From an uncultured Bacilli bacterium (GTDB lineage Bacteria; Bacillota_I; Bacilli_A; RF39; UBA660), in contig CANQYN010000002.1 of NCBI GenBank assembly GCA_947628105.1, positions 1 to 36,454 of the forward strand: DNA of 36,454 bases, written 5' to 3'. Below are positions 34,590 through 36,454 of the stretch, piece by piece; the first letter of the stretch is position 1, and each line of letters begins with the position of its first letter. A program made the translations under genes and the position numbers. The notes beneath the pieces are model-generated. The model had not been told where the DNA came from. It ran no database searches and saw only the letters and a list, made by a program, of their open reading frames with translations.

Positions 34590-34618
34590 ATTTTACCATA
34601 GAATTAGATTTTTTTCTA
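34590..34618 (-). promoter_or_regulatory. Possible promoter of the orphan pair
   Basis: The minus strand reads TAGAAA, a 17-nt spacer including TG, then TAAAAT (34595-34590). Confidence 0.3.
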
Positions 34619-34637
34619 TCTTTTTTTCAATACTCTT

Positions 34638-35513
34638 TTAATAAATTCCTTTTTTATATAATTTTTTTATTTCTTGTTTCACTTTTTCTTTATCTTCCGC
34701 ATAAGTAATTCCAAACCATTTATCGTTAGTTTTTAATACTTTTACTTTGATTCCTTTCTCTTCTATCATCTTCGATACAACTTTTGGAAGTAAAAATTCT
34801 GAAGAGATATCATCTTTTTCTAACTGTTGTAAAAATATAGAAAATTCTTTTTCTAATTCATCGATAATACTAGGCTGAAATCCAAAAAAATTCATCGATA
34901 CAATATCATTTTTTTGAATATCATTATTATTATCTGATACGATTACATCATTTTCTAATCTGACATGATAACTTTCCTTGATAGAAATCAATTCATCATT
35001 TTGAGCTAACTTACAAACTCCTCGTGTCACTCCCCCATTTTCACTTAACGTATTCAAAATTTGATAACCTGCCATACAATAATCATATTCTCCTTGATGA
35101 TTAACTAAATAATCATGAACGAGAAGAAAAGCTTCTTTTCCATAATAATCATCGGCATTGATGACGATAAATGGATTTTTAATAAAAGGTTTCGTCGCAA
35201 GAACCGCTTGTCCAGTTCCCCATGGTTTAGTACGATTTCCTACTTCAAAATCGGAAGGAATATCATCTAATCGTTGGAAAACGTATTTACAATCAATTAT
35301 TTTTTCAATTCGATTTCCAATAATTTCTTTAAAATCTTTTTCAATATCTTCTCGAATTACAAAAACAACTTGATTAAACCCCGCTTCTTTCGCTGCTTGT
35401 ATTGAATAATCCATCAATATTTCCCCATTTGGGCCAACTTTTTCTAACTGTTTAATCCCCTTTTTAAACCGGCTTCCTAATCCAGCCGCCATAATTACAA
35501 CACTTGTATTCAT
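34638..35513 (-). CDS. Sugar-1-phosphate nucleotidyltransferase family protein
   Basis: The N-terminus VVIMAAGLGSRFKKGIKQL is the G-x-G-(T/S)-R nucleotide-binding loop. KPWGTGQAV and VINADDYYG motifs are present. SD is AAGGAGG. Confidence 0.8.
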   Translation of the reverse strand: MNTSVVIMAAGLGSRFKKGIKQLEKVGPNGEILMDYSIQAAKEAGFNQVVFVIREDIEKDFKEIIGNRIEKIIDCKYVFQRLDDIPSDFEVGNRTKPWGTGQAVLATKPFIKNPFIVINADDYYGKEAFLLVHDYLVNHQGEYDYCMAGYQILNTLSENGGVTRGVCKLAQNDELISIKESYHVRLENDVIVSDNNNDIQKNDIVSMNFFGFQPSIIDELEKEFSIFLQQLEKDDISSEFLLPKVVSKMIEEKGIKVKVLKTNDKWFGITYAEDKEKVKQEIKKLYKKGIY

Positions 35514-35523
35514 TTATACCTCC

Positions 35524-35910
35524 TTAAATATATTTTTCTGCTTCTCCTCGATAAATCATCACAATTGGATAAAAAATAATATGAATTAACATCACGATAA
35601 GAATCGACCAACCGATAATAGGAACGATTAGGCAAAGAATCCAAGCATAAGGATTCATATAAATTTCTCTTCCTGGGACATTTAATTTATCACATACAGA
35701 ACAAGAAATTTGAACGACAAAGACAACGGACATTAAAGCAAGTGGAAAAACACAAGCAAGAGCAGCACCTGCCCAATATTGCCACTTCATATACCAAGCA
35801 TTTTTTTGATATACCTTTAAATAATAAGCTAGTATAAGATGAAAATATCCTTGGGTAATTATCATCAATAATAAATCAACAATCCAATTTTCTTTTTTTA
35901 ATAATGACAT
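35524..35910 (-). CDS. Small integral membrane protein (128 aa, about 4 TM), function unknown
   Basis: Four hydrophobic segments with a CSVCDK loop. A strong SD (AGGAGG) is present. Confidence 0.7.
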   Translation of the reverse strand: MSLLKKENWIVDLLLMIITQGYFHLILAYYLKVYQKNAWYMKWQYWAGAALACVFPLALMSVVFVVQISCSVCDKLNVPGREIYMNPYAWILCLIVPIIGWSILIVMLIHIIFYPIVMIYRGEAEKYI

Positions 35911-35919
35911 AAAATCCTC

Positions 35920-36454
35920 CTATTTAATTTTTTCTTTTAATCGATATAAAATATTTAATGCTTCCATTGGCGTAATTTCCAAAGGATTAATTTTTTTAAT
36001 TTCCTCTTCTAAATCATTTTCTTTCGTAATTAATTCATCTAATGGTAACGATTCTTGAATAATAACATCTCTTTTTTTCTCTTTATTTTCATACACTTTT
36101 AAAATTTGATTTGCCCGATGAATTAATGCCTCTGGAAGATTTGCCAATTTGGCAACATGAATTCCATAACTTTTATCGATACTCCCTTCTTTAATTTTAT
36201 GTAAAAATACTAAATTACCATTTTCTTCATAAGCACTAACATGAATGTTTCTTAGATGTGATAATGTATTTTCTAAGTCAGTCAATTCATGATAATGAGT
36301 AGAAAATAAAGTTTTCGCATGAATATTTTTATGAATATATTCAATGATAGATTGAGCTAAAGCCATTCCATCAAAAGTAGCCGTCCCTCTTCCTAATACA
36401 TCAAATAAGATAAGACTATTTTCGGTAGAATTCGTAATCGCTCGATTCGCTTCA
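35920..36454 (-). CDS. mutS: DNA mismatch repair protein MutS, C-terminal part (5' end outside the window)
   Basis: The frame is open to the window edge: ..[38 protein letters not shown].. is the Walker B / ABC ATPase region of MutS, followed by a C-terminal dimerisation helix. Confidence 0.9.
   Translation of the reverse strand, partial: EANRAITNSTENSLILFDVLGRGTATFDGMALAQSIIEYIHKNIHAKTLFSTHYHELTDLENTLSHLRNIHVSAYEENGNLVFLHKIKEGSIDKSYGIHVAKLANLPEALIHRANQILKVYENKEKKRDVIIQESLPLDELITKENDLEEEIKKINPLEITPMEALNILYRLKEKIK

Noticed and set aside
1-36454. Mollicutes-type genetic code 4 (TGA = Trp), considered because of the very low GC
   Set aside because: TGA terminates several well-supported genes (murF, ugd, membrane paralogs, the 188-aa ORF) exactly at ATGA coupling junctions, and Trp positions are encoded by TGG. 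The presence of Mur/MraY genes also argues for a walled organism.

Overview
This is a strongly AT-rich, low-GC Firmicutes-type chromosomal segment. It uses the standard genetic code: TGA acts as a stop in several ATGA overlaps and Trp is TGG. All real genes except one lie on the minus strand. In transcription order (high to low coordinates) the window holds: (1) the mutS 3' end (truncated at the window edge), a small membrane protein, a sugar-1-phosphate nucleotidyltransferase and two overlapping orphan genes. (2) A murE-like/mraY pair ending in a bidirectional terminator. (3) A ~1.2 kb cassette holding the only plus-strand gene, a tyrosine recombinase, bounded by inverted 15-bp core sites and ~85-bp imperfect inverted arms. 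(4) An ~18 kb Wzx/Wzy-type polysaccharide operon: priming phosphoglycosyl transferase, DUF4422, HAD fusion, 2 GT4, Wzy, CapA-like, Wzx, TupA-like ATP-grasp, Ugd, three tandem polytopic membrane paralogs, an FAD oxidoreductase and an LCP ligase. (5) A second cell-wall module: MurF with a polytopic membrane N-terminus, a second MurE, Alr, a D-aspartate-ligase-like ATP-grasp and two tandem AsnB-family amidotransferases. (6) A stand-alone gene encoding a type IV pilin N-terminus fused to a phage tail-collar domain and six HxH nonapeptide repeats. The best candidates for something new are the recombinase-in-cassette inversion switch at the head of the polysaccharide operon, the pilin/tail-fibre chimera, and the accessory Mur-ligase/racemase/ATP-grasp/amidotransferase module. 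No rRNA, tRNA or CRISPR array was seen. All functional calls rest on motif recognition by eye; no database search was possible.
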